Below are positions 44,352-58,620 of a DNA stretch of 64,000 nt, in pieces; positions within the stretch are counted from its first letter, which is position 1; every line of letters begins with the position of its first letter. The DNA lies in NCBI RefSeq assembly GCF_009914755.1, contig NC_060927.1. One strand, 5' to 3'. Below the pieces are notes generated by a model, which saw nothing but the letters and a program-made list of their open reading frames with translations, had not been told where the DNA came from and searched no databases. The stretch is from the human T2T-CHM13v2.0 reference genome, Homo sapiens. Made by a program: the position numbers and the translations under genes.

Positions 44352-45161
44352 AACACTTCTAATATTAAACATTGAGATAAATGTGAGATATACATACATT
44401 CAAGAAAGATTAATAAAAATGAATAAGATAATTATTTGCCCAATTATTTCAGTTCAGGGTCATAGGCAGGTGGAGCCTATCCCAGCAGCGCAGGGCTCAA
44501 CGAAGGAACCCCCACTCTGGACAGGATGGCATTCCCTTGCAGGGCACACTTGCACACACCCATGTCCACTCAGGCAGGGGCAACCGAGACATCCCGTTAT
44601 CTAATGTGCACATACTTGGGATGTGAAAGGAAACCGGAGTACCCAGAGAAAACCCACACAGACATGGAGCAGATGTGCAAACTCCACACAGACAGTGTCA
44701 TCAGCTGGGAATGGGTAGAATAATTATGTTGCTCAAGTACCTGTCTCAAGGGGTTATTGTGAGACTTACATATAAAGCACTTAAAATACAAATATGGGCA
44801 ATATATGAATTATCCATTATTATTGTTATAATTATTTAGCATATAGTAAGTGACACAGGTAAGACTTATTCTCAGATGTGAGGACTTTCAAAGGTATCTA
44901 GTAAATATAACCATTTTTTCCTTTTCAAGGACCTATTTTTCAGACTATCAAAAGCATCAAACATATTTTTGAAGATGAAAGAGAGTTTAAGGGGAAATTA
45001 ATGCTATTCAACTTAAGGAAAAGCTATTAAAGAGATAGTGAATATTGTTCTTTATTATCATCAAAGAATGCTATAATGAATTAGTAATAAGCTGAAACAT
45101 GAATTTGATTTGACATAAAGAAATAGTTCTGATAGTGGAGAAGAAGAGATTTCTTAGGGAG

Positions 45162-45652
45162 TGTAGTAGATTGCAAAAATAACCACAATCCAGCACCTCT
45201 CTTTGTATCAGTGGCTCTAGAAGGCCATTTTGCAGCTCCTGCTATCAAGAGGTGGAGCCTGTGTTCCTACCTGATTCTAGGATATCTTGTGCCTTGCTTC
45301 AGCAAATAGAATGTAGTGGAAGTAATGGTGTGCTAGTTCTGCGTCTAGGACCCGAGACTTTATAGCTTCTGCTCTTCCTCTTGAAATACTGCCCAGTTAG
45401 CATGAGCTAGCCTGCTGGAGTTTAAGAGAGAGTCCTTGTCCCAGGCAACAGCCAGCAAACCCAAGAGGCAGTCATCTAACTTACTGGCAACTGATTGCAG
45501 GTATATTAGCAAGTTCAGCTGAGTCCAGAAGAACCATCCAGCTGAGCCCAGGCAAAATTGCTATCCCACAGAAATATGAGCAAAATAAATACATGTATTT
45601 TTAATCTGCCACATTTTGAGGTAGTTTGTTATGCAGAGAAAGCTAAATATCT
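45162..45652 (+). mobile_element. MLT1-family solo LTR (G/H-like)
   Basis: TGTAGTAGATTGCAAAAATAACCAC...ATCAAGAGGTGGAG...CCAGCTGAGCCCAG...GTAGTTTGTTATGCAG. Confidence 0.8.
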
Positions 45653-46690
45653 GTAGGAGACTATGGCATTTTTGACCTTAAAAATCCTGGAAGACAGCAT
45701 AGGTATCTCCCAGTGGAATCTATTTAGGAAAAAAACTATATGGGACAACAAGAGGAAATAGGAGACTTTAGAGGATTTGTTCCAACACACATACTTCTCT
45801 AAGTTTGTGAAATGAAGGTTTAAACTTCAGCTAGAGAGTTATTTTCCATTTGAAAGGAAACGGCATGATCTTTCATTCATGCATTCAGTAATCAGCATTG
45901 TTGAGGAGCTACTCTGTGCCAGATGCTAAGAAAATGAAGTGGTCTCTTTCCTAGAAAAAAATAAAAATTGTGGCAAATGTAATTTTGACTCTACTTGGTT
46001 TGCTATATATTATTAAAAATCAAGTTTTTAAAAGAAAGATTGCATTTCCATAGTAGTCATGTAAGCTTAATGATGATATTACATGAAAAGCAAATAAGTT
46101 ACAAAGATTTTTTAGAGCACATTCAAATAGTTTATATATCATAAATGTAACAATACCTACTTGTAAAAATTTGAAATCTAGAACAGGCATTTAAGCAGAG
46201 GTCAGGCTGTTTCATCATTTGATATTCAATACAAGTTGGTAGAGCAACTCCGAACCCTGACACTCAACTTTTACCAAAGTCTGCGTGCCAGTCAACATTT
46301 CCTGTCATACAAGTCTGACACATCAAGTCTGGGCTATCTTATTATTTTTCTTCTTTTTGGTATTTGGTTACCATAATTTTACTGTAATCCTCATTTTCAA
46401 GAAATTCTTCCTCCTTTACACTTGCTTTTTTCCCTCTGTATTTGTCAGCTGTGCCACTGCCCCTCTCTCCTCTGGTCTTGGCAGTGGTGAGCTTTTCAAC
46501 TGCAGCACCATGCTGGTTTGGGGACCAATACCCTTACGTTTGGGGTAGTAGGATGGTACAAAGCCCTCTCAGATTTCTTACAGAAATCTGAGGTTTCATA
46601 TGGGACGTTTCATTCTCTTATAGTTGCAAAACACTTTTTCAATTTTTCTCAGTTGCCTGGAGCATAGTACATAATCCACAGTGGTCTCTC

Positions 46691-47285
46691 TTTCATTCAT
46701 TCACTTGTTCATTAACTCAACAAATAAATATTGAGGTTGGCAATGTGCTGGGCTTGGAAGATACAAATGTGAGCTAAATATTAACTTGAATTCTGTCCTC
46801 AAGGAACTCACAGTCTAGTGTGAGAGAGAAAACTTTGTCAAACGGTTATAAAAACAAGTGTAAAATTGCCTGTAGGACAAGTGCCACCTGGTATATGAGT
46901 ATTTTATAATAGCTGAGGACAGAACATGCTTCCCTAGGAAATATCACTTGAAGTGAAATATGAAGCCTGTGTAGTAAGCAAATAGGAGAAGAATGCAAAA
47001 TAATACAACATGGAACGAGCAGAGAAAACTGTGAGTGCAGACACTGTGGCAGGAAGAGGCATAAAGATTTGGGACTACAAGGCAGTCAGAGTGGCTGGGA
47101 TACAGAAAGTCCCAGTGAAAATGTGTGTGGGATGAGGAGGCAGAAAAAGGTGGAACAAAACTGGGTAGGCTTTGGTAAGGAATTTTACCTGTATCTTGAA
47201 TGAAGAGAAAAACCAGTGAAGGGTCTTGTAGGGTACCAACATGGGTAGAGTGGCATTTTTAAAAGATTATTTTGGCTACAGTAGG
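46691..47285 (-). mobile_element. L2 3' end
   Basis: TTCATTCATTCA...CAACAAATAAATATTGAG...CCTCAAGGAACTCACAGTCTAGTG. Confidence 0.75.
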
Positions 47286-47404
47286 CTGTAAGAACACACT
47301 GAGCTTCTGTTCCATAAGAAATTCCCCAAAAGAAATCATACGCAAGCCACAGCTGAATATTTAGACCAAGGAATGAGAAGGAGGAGCAGGTGGAAGTGGT
47401 CTAA

Positions 47405-47840
<436 letters not shown>

Positions 47841-48282
47841 TGAGTCAGAATCTGTAGGAGATGAAACTCGGGAATCTGTCTTGGTGTTTCAAGTCGACCA
47901 TGACTAAAAATTATATTGTCTAAGGCATGCAGGTAAATGAAAAATGATGACGTTGAAATTATTCAAAATCCCATGAACTCCTCCACGTGAGATCTGAGCA
48001 AATAGGAAGAAGGAAAGGCACAGATACAATGAAACAACATTAGACATGGGTTTTCTTCCAGGCTTAGTCATGGCAGCTCCCTGTGCCCTGAGGTTTGTCC
48101 CTGGACCCCTCTGCCTGTTTTCTCATCTGCACCACACTGCCAAAGCCCCTTCCAGCTGTTAATGCTAAATTCTAAACTGAAGCATCTATGTTGATTCCCA
48201 CCTTGCCTACAAAGTGATGTCAGGTATTTACCTTCATTTTATTCTGATTACCAATTGAGACTTGTTCATAATACTTTAAATT

Positions 48283-48605
48283 AGGGTTAGCAAATTATTC
48301 CCTGTGGGTCAAACTCAGCCTGTCCCCTGATTTTGTATGGCCCAGGAGCTAAAAATGGTTTTACATTTTTAATGACTGAAAAGAATCAAAAGAAGACTTA
48401 TTTTACGATGCAATAACAGTATATGAAATTCAAATTCAGTGTCCACAAAGAAAGTTTTATTGGAACACACAGCCATACTCATTCACATATGGCTGATTTT
48501 GCTCCATACATAATTCACAAGGTCAGTAGTTGTGATAGAGACCATCTGGTCCACAAAATCTAAAAATTACAATTTTTTTTTAACAGAAAAAGTTTCTGAC
48601 TCATG
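48283..48605. mobile_element. MER58B-type hAT MITE
   Basis: GAGCTAAAAATGGTTTTACATTTTT, AAAGTTTTATTGGAACAC, TTAACAGAAAAAGTTT. Confidence 0.8.
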
Positions 48606-49944
48606 TTTTACATTAACCTCTCAGCCTTTTTGGTTAAACCACTGATAAATTGCCAAGCTTCTCTGAAGCAAATAATTAAATTGAAATGCAAATAATTGTC
48701 TCACAATTTAAATATTTTATAAATTTGACTTTTCATGCTGAATCTTCTCAAAACCTTTATATTTTTGTCTTATGACTTTTTGTATTCTAACTTACTGTTA
48801 TTCAGGTGAATCAGAAATGTATGGCTTCATAAAGGATCTAACATAATTATCAGTCCACTGTACATTGCCTAGGCTTCTGTAGAAACATATCAAATTAATA
48901 AGACATAATCTACATATAGTCTCTACTTCAATTCTAATTGACTTATCGAAAACAGAATTAATTACTTTTGGCTTCAAACCCATCTCTTAGTCTTCCATTC
49001 TGGGTTAATACTGTACGTTTGAATGATAACATTTTATGAATATGAAAAATGCTTTTGAAAACAGTAAAAATCAGATAATTCACACTACTGACAAGGAGGC
49101 CCAGTACAGATTACCATATTTCTTGGGAGACAGGATTAATTGAAAAAAAAAATGGTGTAAGTTTACTGAATTACCCTGTAAACTGTGCCCAGAGAGACAC
49201 ACACTGTTGACAAGAATCTTTCATTAAAGATACCATAACATATTTGGTAAACATAATGGGAGTTGCACTTGCAGGAGACCTCATTACAGCTCTTGGCTAT
49301 GAAATCTTGGTGGAGAAGTGGGGTGAGACTGCTGGGTTTTCTGTGAGAAGTATTGAGTTTGTGGATTATTAAAGAGGTGAGAACCAGTGAAAAAGTGGGG
49401 TTAGGCTGTACAGCACTTTTCAAGACTCATTCCGTCTTCAATGTTTAGACTGCTAGAGAGTTTTTCTCAGATTCAACTAAAGTCCAAGAAATATCTTTTA
49501 AAGTATATTTATTATTTTGTTTTAATTGTTTTTGGTACCAGGTGCTACTGTTTTTAGCAATAGAATCTTTTGAAGGAGAGGAATTGGTATCAGGGAAAGA
49601 AATAACAGACTGCTAATAATAACCTTTGGATGTCACCTTCCCTAGCTTTTCCAACTCCTAATAGGCCCACAAAGGGGCAAACAGTATTTTAAGGCCCACT
49701 GGGATAAGAAATTAAAATTGTTTCTTCTGGCATGGGCCATACCGGAGTAATCTTATAAAGAAAGCAAAATGTTTTTCTTCCCACCTCCATTCTTCAATTC
49801 ACACCTTTTTTCTAATCAATTATTTGTTTATTATTTGATTATCAATTCAACAAGTATTTATTTAGCACCTGAAAGGCACCAGGTTAAACCTCTGGCAGCT
49901 CTATAGGGAGTTATAAAAAGTAGTGTCGTCTCTTCTACCTAACC

Positions 49945-50249
49945 AAGGTAGGAGAGCTCCGTAACAAACAATGCCAATGTCACTTTGAATTAACATAATG
50001 AAAGTTTACTTCTAGCTCATGTAACTTTTTAGTGTGGAAATTGGATCCTCCCATCTCATAGCTCTATAATATCCTAGGACATCAGGAGCCTTCCATTCCA
50101 ATGGTTGGAATGGAAGTGACCAACTGGTTGGAACAACTCAGTCACTTGGCCACAGATAACTGTAATGAGAAATGTGACAAACATAGTTTAACCTTTCCCA
50201 AGAGAAGAAGGAAATGGGTTTAGGGGAAAGATAGCCAGTCTTGGCCACA
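49945..50249 (-). mobile_element. Old MLT1 (I/J-like) LTR
   Basis: GTAACAAACAA...AAAGTTTACTTCT; ends GATAGCCAGTCTTGGCCACA. Confidence 0.55.
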
Positions 50250-50469
50250 CTTTTCTTCAGGAAACTTACTTTCTCTCATATGCCTGTGCTGGACCACTCA
50301 GCACCATCATACTGCATGGATTGACATTCCTTTCACACCTCATGCCACCCGATGCTCTGAAACCTTCCAGCCTCCCAGAATCATTGGAGGCAGGGATAGG
50401 AAATGTGAACTTGATTGAAATAGGAGAGATTATTTGAGAAACCACTCTATGCCTTATTATTTTAATAAG

Positions 50470-50645
50470 TTAAGTAAATTATTTTAATCTTATTTAATCC
50501 TCTCAACAATTCTGAAATGTAGGTTTTATTAACAGCATATCACCAATGACAAACTGAGATTCAGAGAGGCTAAAATCCTTCTAGAATGACTTGGATTCAA
50601 TCTCAAGTCTACTGGAGCCCCAATCTAGTATAGTTTTCACTACAC
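50470..50645 (-). mobile_element. MIR
   Basis: TTATTTAATCCTCTCAACAA...AAACTGAGATTCAGAGAGGCTAA. Confidence 0.7.
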
Positions 50646-50984
50646 CAGTTTCCCAACTTGAGTTTTTTTGTGCAGCACCTTTACGCCATGTCCTGTACTA
50701 CATACTTCTAGTACTGTTAAAAAGACCTTCTCATCAAAACCTAGTCTCAGCCAAAGCAATGCTACCTATGATACACTATTATGGTACTACCTTTACACCT
50801 TAGCAATCACTTTATTGACTGTATCCTCATTACTTGTCATTTAGGATAACAACCTGATAATGCTGAGCAAAGACAAAAGACCAGCGCTGATGATCCTTTC
50901 CCTGGGATTTTTGCATTTTTAAAAATATATGCTAGGGTTTAGCCTAGAGGAGAGAGTCACTGGAATGACATCCTCAAATTGAAA

Positions 50985-52370
50985 CAACAATGAGCTATCA
51001 TTGCATAGCCACTGGAATGACTAAAAAGGCAAATTAAAAAAGCAAATTTTACAAGAATATGTAACAAGTCTCATAAATAACTGGAGGAAATATAAAAGCA
51101 TATAACCATGTTGGAAAACTGGGCGGCAGTAAGAAAGTTTAACATCTATTCTTGACCCCAATTTTTCACTTGTAGGTATTTACCCAAGAGAAATGAAAAC
51201 ATGTTCTCACACACACACACACACACACACACAAAATATACAAAGATTCCCCAACTTTTTGGTCTTGAGACCCTTTTACATTCTTAATAATCACTGAGAA
51301 CCCTAAAGGACTATTGTTTATGTGAGTTTTGTCTATTATTACTAAATTAGAAATTAAAACTGAGAAATTTAGACACTTATTCAGCAATAAAGTTAATTTT
51401 GACTATTAATATTGTTAATATTGTTAACCTAAATAATATATTTTTATGGAAAATAACTATATTTTCCCAAGTAAAAAAATCAGTGTGAAAAATAGCACTA
51501 TTTTACATTTTTGCAAATCTCTTTAATAGAAGTTTAATAGAAGATGACTGGATTCTCTTAACTGCTTCCACATTCAGTCTGTTGAAATATCACATGTCAT
51601 ATAGATCTGGAAAACTCCACTGTACATACATGAGAGAATGAGAATGGAAGCATCAAATAATGGTCTAGTACTATCATGAAAAGAGTTTTTAATCTTGCTC
51701 TTGCAGGTCCCTGAATGGGCTGAATGTGTCTCAGAAATCCCTAGGCATCGCTGCACCCACACTTGGAAAGCCACTGACTGCCCTGGAAAACTTTCCCACA
51801 TACTCAAGTGTTTAAGAATGTTTAACATGTTCAAGAATGATTACTGTGCTATAGCTTGCAATAGGAAAAAGTTGGAAATAATAAAACTGTGTATTTAAGA
51901 GAGAATTGATAAGTTTAGTATTCACAATGTGAAATAGCTCTTTGACTAGATACAGTTATGTGTATCAAATAATTAAATCTCAGAAATAAAATATTGTCTA
52001 AAAAGAGCAAGTAGAAGAATGACACATTGTATGAGACTATTTTTATAGAGTAAGAAAACATTAGGAAATGTTCTAAATGTTATTTATCACATACAAATAT
52101 AGTAAACCTATAGAAGTTGCATGGGAATTATAAACTCCAAATTCAGAGTTATTTGCCTCTGGATGAGAGAGGAAAGGAGGGAGGAGAATAAGATTGGAGA
52201 GGACTAAACAGTAGATTCAGTTGTATTTAAAATGTCTTATTTTAAAATCCTAAAGAAATATGGCAAAATGCTAAGATTTGACAAGGTTGAATAGTTGTTA
52301 CATGAGTAGTATTTATTTTACTTATTATGCTTTTAGGTATGATTGAAATATTTCAGAATGTTAAAAAATT
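50985..52370 (+). mobile_element. L1ME-type 3' end with a nested hAT-Charlie element (MER119-like, 51241-51776) and (CA)n
   Basis: GGTATTTACCCAAGAGAAATGAAAACATGT; nested TTTTTGGTCTTGAGACCCTTTTACA...AAAGCCACTG. Confidence 0.7.
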
Positions 52371-53153
52371 ATATACAAGAGAGTACAAAAGCCTTTGTGA
52401 ATAAACAAAACAAATGTGTTGGTAATCTATGTTTAAGGGTTATTCACATTTTTGCTGTTTTGAGGCTTTTCAAAAACTTTTCAAACACAGCAGGAAGAGC
52501 TTAGGCTTGATTCATGCGCATATTTCTGTTCTTAAAACTTTCCTGAATTTGTACTTTTTCTACATTTTGAAGGAAGAGCCTCTTTGAAAGGGGTTTTTGT
52601 TTACATTTATCCAAGGAAAATTTATTCAATATCCTGCACAAAGAAAAAAAGAAGAAGAAGAAACGAAGAGGTATTGAAGAGGTACAATAATGCCCATTCT
52701 ACATCAGCTAACAATGCAACAAGAAAGCAACTTCTTATCCCAATTGAGTTCATAGATGTATGGGCAATCCAGCAAATACTCTTCCTAGGTACACCACAGT
52801 AATATGTGCACTAGTACATAGGGACATGTATGCAAGAATGTTTATTGATTTTAGTGAATTACACATTAGCAGAAAAAGCTTTAATGAATTATAGTGAGTC
52901 TGCATAATGATATCTTATCCAGTTTACAGTAGTAGGCAACTACCTTCTCTTTGCATAATTATCTTGGTTATTCTTAAGGATTTGTTCTTTCACAAACATT
53001 GCCAGGTAATGTTATCTAAATGTAAGGCAGAAATTTGGATTTTGATTAGAGTTGCAGAAAATTTAAATTTAAACAATAATTTTGGAAAAAATGTTTTTGT
53101 GATTTTAAATTGTCCAATTGAAGAATATATGGATGTCTATACATTCAGATCTT

Positions 53154-53343
53154 TTTTTTAGATTTAATTTTATTATTATTATACTTTAAATTTTAGGGTA
53201 CATGTGCACAATGTGCAGGTTAGTTACATATGTATACATGTGCCCTGCTGGTGTGCTGCACCCATTAACTCGTCATTTAGCATTAGGTATATCTCCTAAT
53301 GCTATCCCTCCCCACTCCCCCCACCCCACAACAGTCCCCAGAG
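53154..53343 (-). mobile_element. Short L1PA4-like 3' end inside a degraded L1M fragment (~52950-53580)
   Basis: TAGGGTACATGTGCACAATGTGCAGG; 14 bp TSD TACATTCAGATCTT at 53140-53153 and 53344-53357. Confidence 0.93.
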
Positions 53344-53587
53344 TACATTCAGATCTTGTTTTATGTCCATCAATAAGATTTTTTGTTTTCTTTATCTTGT
53401 CATGCTTAACATATTCTTAAATGCTTTTTTTGTTTTTGTTGTTGCTATGAGTGAAATGTTTTCCATTCCCATGTTGGGATACTCAAGGCTAGGATCTATG
53501 AGAGGTATAGATTATTTAAAATATTTATCGTGTATACAGCCAACTTACCAAATTTTCTTACTAATTCTATTATTTTTTAAATAAAGA

Positions 53588-53960
53588 TGATATGATCTTA
53601 ATGTGTCCCCCAGAGTTCTAGTGTTAGAAACTTTCTCCCCAGTGCAACCATGTTGAAACCTGGGCCTTTTGGGAGGTATTTAGGTCATCAGGAATCCACC
53701 ATCACGAATGGATTAACACCGCTATAAAAAGGGCTTGTGGTTCACTCTCTTCTGCTCTTCTGCCATGTGAGGACACAGCACCCATTCCCTCTTGCCCTAA
53801 CACTTTCTGCCATGTGCAGATGCAGCAAGAAGGCACTCACCAGATGCTTGCATCTTGATCTTGTACTTCCCAGCCTCTCCAGACTGTGAGAAATATTTTT
53901 TTCTTTATAAATTACCCAGTCTGGGGTATTCTGTTGTAGTAGCATAAAATGACTAAGATA
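53588..53960 (+). mobile_element. MST-family solo LTR (MSTC/D-like)
   Basis: TGATATGATCTTAATGTGTCCCCCA...TTTATAAATTACCCAGTCT...GACTAAGATA; TSD AAAGA/AAAGG. Confidence 0.85.
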
Positions 53961-54783
53961 AAAGGTTTGCTATGTTTCTTTGTAGTCTTCTAGGGGCTCA
54001 GGTCTGTTTGATCAGTGGCAGCTCTCCCATTGCGGGTAAATAAAGAGATCTCCGTTTTTTTTAACAACACCTAATGGCTGTCCAGTTGAGCACCAGGTAG
54101 CAGGCTACCCTCTGCTATATTGGGGAACTCTTTTGCTCCCCAGTCTCTTTGTTCTCTTTAATACTTTGTCCTCCTGTTAAACTCCTTGGCCTCTTGGAAA
54201 CCAGGGATACCTGGTACTCTCATGAAAGGCCAATGAGGACCTTCTCCTTGGAGTTCACCAACCTTCACAAGGTAAATTATTTCCTGGGGTTCTACAGAGC
54301 TGGTCTCCAGATGCTCACTCAGATAAAGAAGATTGTCCCATATCAGTTAAGTGGGGACTAACAGGTTGGAATTGGTGAGGAAGTCAAATGGCTGCATTTG
54401 GGTCACTGTATTTCCAGAATGCCCCTCTTTTAGATTTCTAGATTATTATGCCTAATAGACTCAGTGTTACTTTCTAAGGAAGCTGTTGAATGATATATGT
54501 ATGGCTTCATCCTGGCTCAAGCACTTAGTGACTTGGCTTCCCACATTCTTCCTTTCTCATTCTCTTTCCAACCATACACCTTAACCAAGTAGAGTCTAGA
54601 TTATCTCAAAATGAACTTTGTACTGTGATGGAATTCCAATTCACAGATAGCAAATCCTAGAGGCTTAAACTTGCATTCAATTGAAAAAGTTATAGAATAA
54701 CTGAATAAATTATCTTTATGACACAGTTTATCAGGCATGATTGATAACATCACTAGATGTTGGCTGAAGACCAAAATACATAA

Positions 54784-55434
54784 TGTGATACATTATCTGG
54801 TCTCTAATAACAGCCCCTAGTGAACCATACCTTCCAGTCTTCCTGCCCACTGAATCTGGACTGGTGGGCCTGTGACTTCCTTCAACTGATAGGATGCAGG
54901 AGAAGAGACAGTCAGACAGTTACAAGGCCTAAGCCTGTAAGAAAGACGGTAGCTTTGAGTCATGGTGTAAGACATCCAGCTACTTTGCTGGAAAGACCAT
55001 GTAGAGACACCACATGTAGAGGCCAGTTGAAAGAGAGAAAGGAATCAGTAACTTCTGCCTTTACCAGCTACAGTCCCAGACTTAGGCATCCTTGCCAGGG
55101 TATCTATCAGATTCGTGAGAGGAGAATCCTGGGTGTTTAAGCGTATCCACAATCTGATCACAGCTGCAAAGAGACCCTAAGTGAGACCACCAGAAGAACC
55201 ATCTAACAGAGACTATTTAAAAGTGGTGGGAGAAATAGTATGCAAAATGGCCTCTGAGTTCAGTCCGTGTTGGAGCTTAGGCTGACTTCGTTCATTCAAA
55301 TAGACATTCTTCAGAATGCCAAACCACAAGCCATATAATTTTATTATGCAGATTTATTGCATATTAAAATTGTTGTTGTTTTAAGCCACTAAATATTGAA
55401 GTAGTTTGTTCTGCAGCAATATATAACCAAAACA
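54784..55434 (+). mobile_element. MLT1-family LTR (H/F-like)
   Basis: GAGACCCTAAGTGAGACCAC; TTGTTGTTTTAAGCCACTAAAT...GTAGTTTGTTCTGCAGCAATATATAACCAAAACA. Confidence 0.7.
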
Positions 55435-56117
55435 TATGTTAAGGCAGAAATTTAGAGTGAAGTTGGGACTCTCAAATTCACACAGTAACTTATTTCCAGA
55501 CCTAGATTTTCCATTTTGTTCCATGTTTTCATCCTTTTGTCTCCTTGTTGCACTAAGACAAAAATCTTAGTGACACAATTTAGGATTTTTAGGACACTTT
55601 TGATTCTCAGGGATTTAAGAATGATCCACTAGAACCTACAACAAAGAATGCAAATAAAAGCAGTTCTGTAACTTGGATTCTCCAATATGCTGAAAGTGCG
55701 CAATCTTGTTTCATTTCCCAAAGTATTAGGCTTTCTGAATCAGGCCTTCAATCTAGTGAAGTGTCTGTAAGAGTAAAATGGCACACACCACACAGGCTCA
55801 TAAAATCATAATAATAATAAAAACCCCTCAGACTTTTTTTTTTTTTTTCAGCTGTGAAGCAGCACCTGCCATTAGCTGTGGTGGTTCCTATTTTCATATT
55901 GTCTGACAGTAGCAGTTGGATCACACTTGAGCCAGTGTGACTGAGAGGCGGGCTCCCTGCTTCCACAAAGCTGAATTTAATAAGATGAGAACAGCATGCC
56001 AAGATGGGGAGCTCCCTCCCTGACACTTATCCTGACACCAGCCCCTCAGCGGGGCCGTATTGCTGTGGTAATCTGGGTGAGCCGGACAGAGCGTCCTGCT
56101 TACAAGTTCAATATAAT

Positions 56118-56136
56118 GGAACAGCAGGGGGCGAAG
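56118..56136 (+). promoter_or_regulatory. Candidate CTCF motif
   Basis: GGAACAGCAGGGGGCGAAG vs core CCASYAGRKGGCR (one mismatch), in unique sequence that retains CpGs. Confidence 0.5.
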
Positions 56137-57854
56137 GGCTGGCAGAAAAGCTTAGCAAAGTTAAAGCCTATTACTCTATGCTTGAGGAAAAATGAGTCAC
56201 CAAATATTACACCCAGAGCAAGACTTGAACCTGCCAAATGCAGCAGCAACACACGCTAAGTCTTGTCCATAATGGTGCATTCATTATCCTATGGTCCAGG
56301 GTAATGTGGATTTAAATGTTTTTAACCCTAATGGAAATGTATATGCAAATTTTCCCTTAAGCCCATCCCTCCCTCAGTGTTCTTTTGCCCTATTTGAATC
56401 TAATAGGCAAGGTGACTGTACACTGCATATGTCAAAGAAAATGATGCCTTCTTTATCTGCCGTCAGTAGCAAGAAGAAGGCAAGAAACTGGACAGAAATC
56501 TTTCAGCTGCATGTTATGGCTATTGTTGTTGCTGTTCTGTTTTATGCCTCTTGTGGTGTTGAATTTAAAATTAATGGAAGAAATAGCATGCAAATGATCT
56601 CTGTGTTCAGTCCTGATTGAGGCTTAGGCTGGCTTAGTTAATTTTAATATCAGCTCTTCAATATAAGTGAATTCTAACACAAACTCTTCAATATAGATAG
56701 GTTTTGATACAAGTTCTTCAATGCTGGCCATTCAAATCAAACTCTTAGAAGTGGAACAGATTTGCCGTATATTTTCCATCAACCAGTGCCCCAGAACTTA
56801 CATATTTCCATCAACCAGTCTAGGACTTTGTCTAACTGAAAGACTATTATTTAGAATCCTGATCCTTAGGACTCTAGGACTCAGTCTTTTTTTTGAAAGA
56901 ATGACAATAGAACTAAGACTTGTGATTCCTCCTGCTTCCCTAGATTAGCTACTACCAGATTTTCATTACAGCAGAGGCCACTGAGATAATCAATTATGGT
57001 GTTAATGACAACAGCCACCAATTACTGAGTTCTTATCATGGGCCAGGTGCTTGGTTGGGTAATTTATGCCCATTATCTCCAATTGTTATATAGTGCATCA
57101 TAAATGTTCTCATACTGTTCTTCAGATGTGCAAAGAAATTTCACCTTTTTTATTTACAGCTGGCCAAATCTTATTCTTCATGGTTTTCCAACGGAGATAC
57201 AACATTAAATGTCAGACCCTTTGGATGTATAGTGTCTTTCAGCTATATACTCAGTCTTTTAGGTTTCCTCTCTTTCCCCTTGCTCCTCTTGAACATGGTG
57301 TCTGAAATGCATGTGCTTAGCACCAGTGGTGAATGAACACTCTAGACTCATGTTAGTTCTTGGGTTCCTGGAGGCCCTACCTTGGGATGGCTGGCCTGAC
57401 CAACTGCATAGACTGAAGAGCAATCAGGTTCTAACCAGCTATTTGGAGCTTCCTGCTGGCCTAATACTAGAGACTGTGATCCTGGCCTATTAACTCTGTT
57501 TATGAAGCCTTCAAATGTTGCAGACTCTGACCATCCCAAGGTGTATGACAGTCCACCTTCTGTCTCTTACATTCTGTGTCCCCACATCAGGACATGTAGG
57601 AATACCTGTATGCCCTTCATGCCAGGCGCAGGCCAGGGGGAGCAAGCCCACTTCCTCAGTCTCATCTCTCATCTCTCTTGTTCTTCTGTCGTTCAGTGGT
57701 GTACTTTTCTTCCCACTCCATAAGGACATGGTGCAGAGATTAATGGGAGATCCTTCCTAAGATCTTAGCTGTGTCTAGGGAAGTAGACCACTAATCTTTA
57801 TGTCTCGGGGGTATCCTAGAAACATCTAAATATTTCCATTGTCCTCTCACTTTA

Positions 57855-58276
<422 letters not shown>

Positions 58277-58377
58277 TAACACTGCCCTGGGCACAGAAGC
58301 AGGGCTTGCCCCTTCCTCTTCCTGCCTAGCCAGACCCCCATACCTCATATGAGTTCTTGTTGTACTCTAATTGCCCT

Positions 58378-58620
58378 AATTTAGGTTCCCCAGAAACAGA
58401 CAAGGAATCAAATGGAAGTAGTATATTTGGGAGGGGCAAAAAACACCAAAGTGGGAAAATGAGAGAGGCAGGCAGTAAATAAATGGTGCATTATAGACCA
58501 GTTACCGCTGTGGGCAAGTGGACCTTAATCCCATGGGTAACAGAGTAGAGCACATGTTCAGAGTTATTCCACCCAAGGGTTAAGGAAGCTGCAGCATTTA
58601 TACATCAATTCCTCTATTTG
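58378..58620 (-). mobile_element. LTR33-like ERVL LTR fragment
   Basis: GGTTCCCCAGAAACAGAC...AAGTAGTATATTTGGGAGG...CCAGTTACCGCTGTGGGCAA. Confidence 0.65.
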
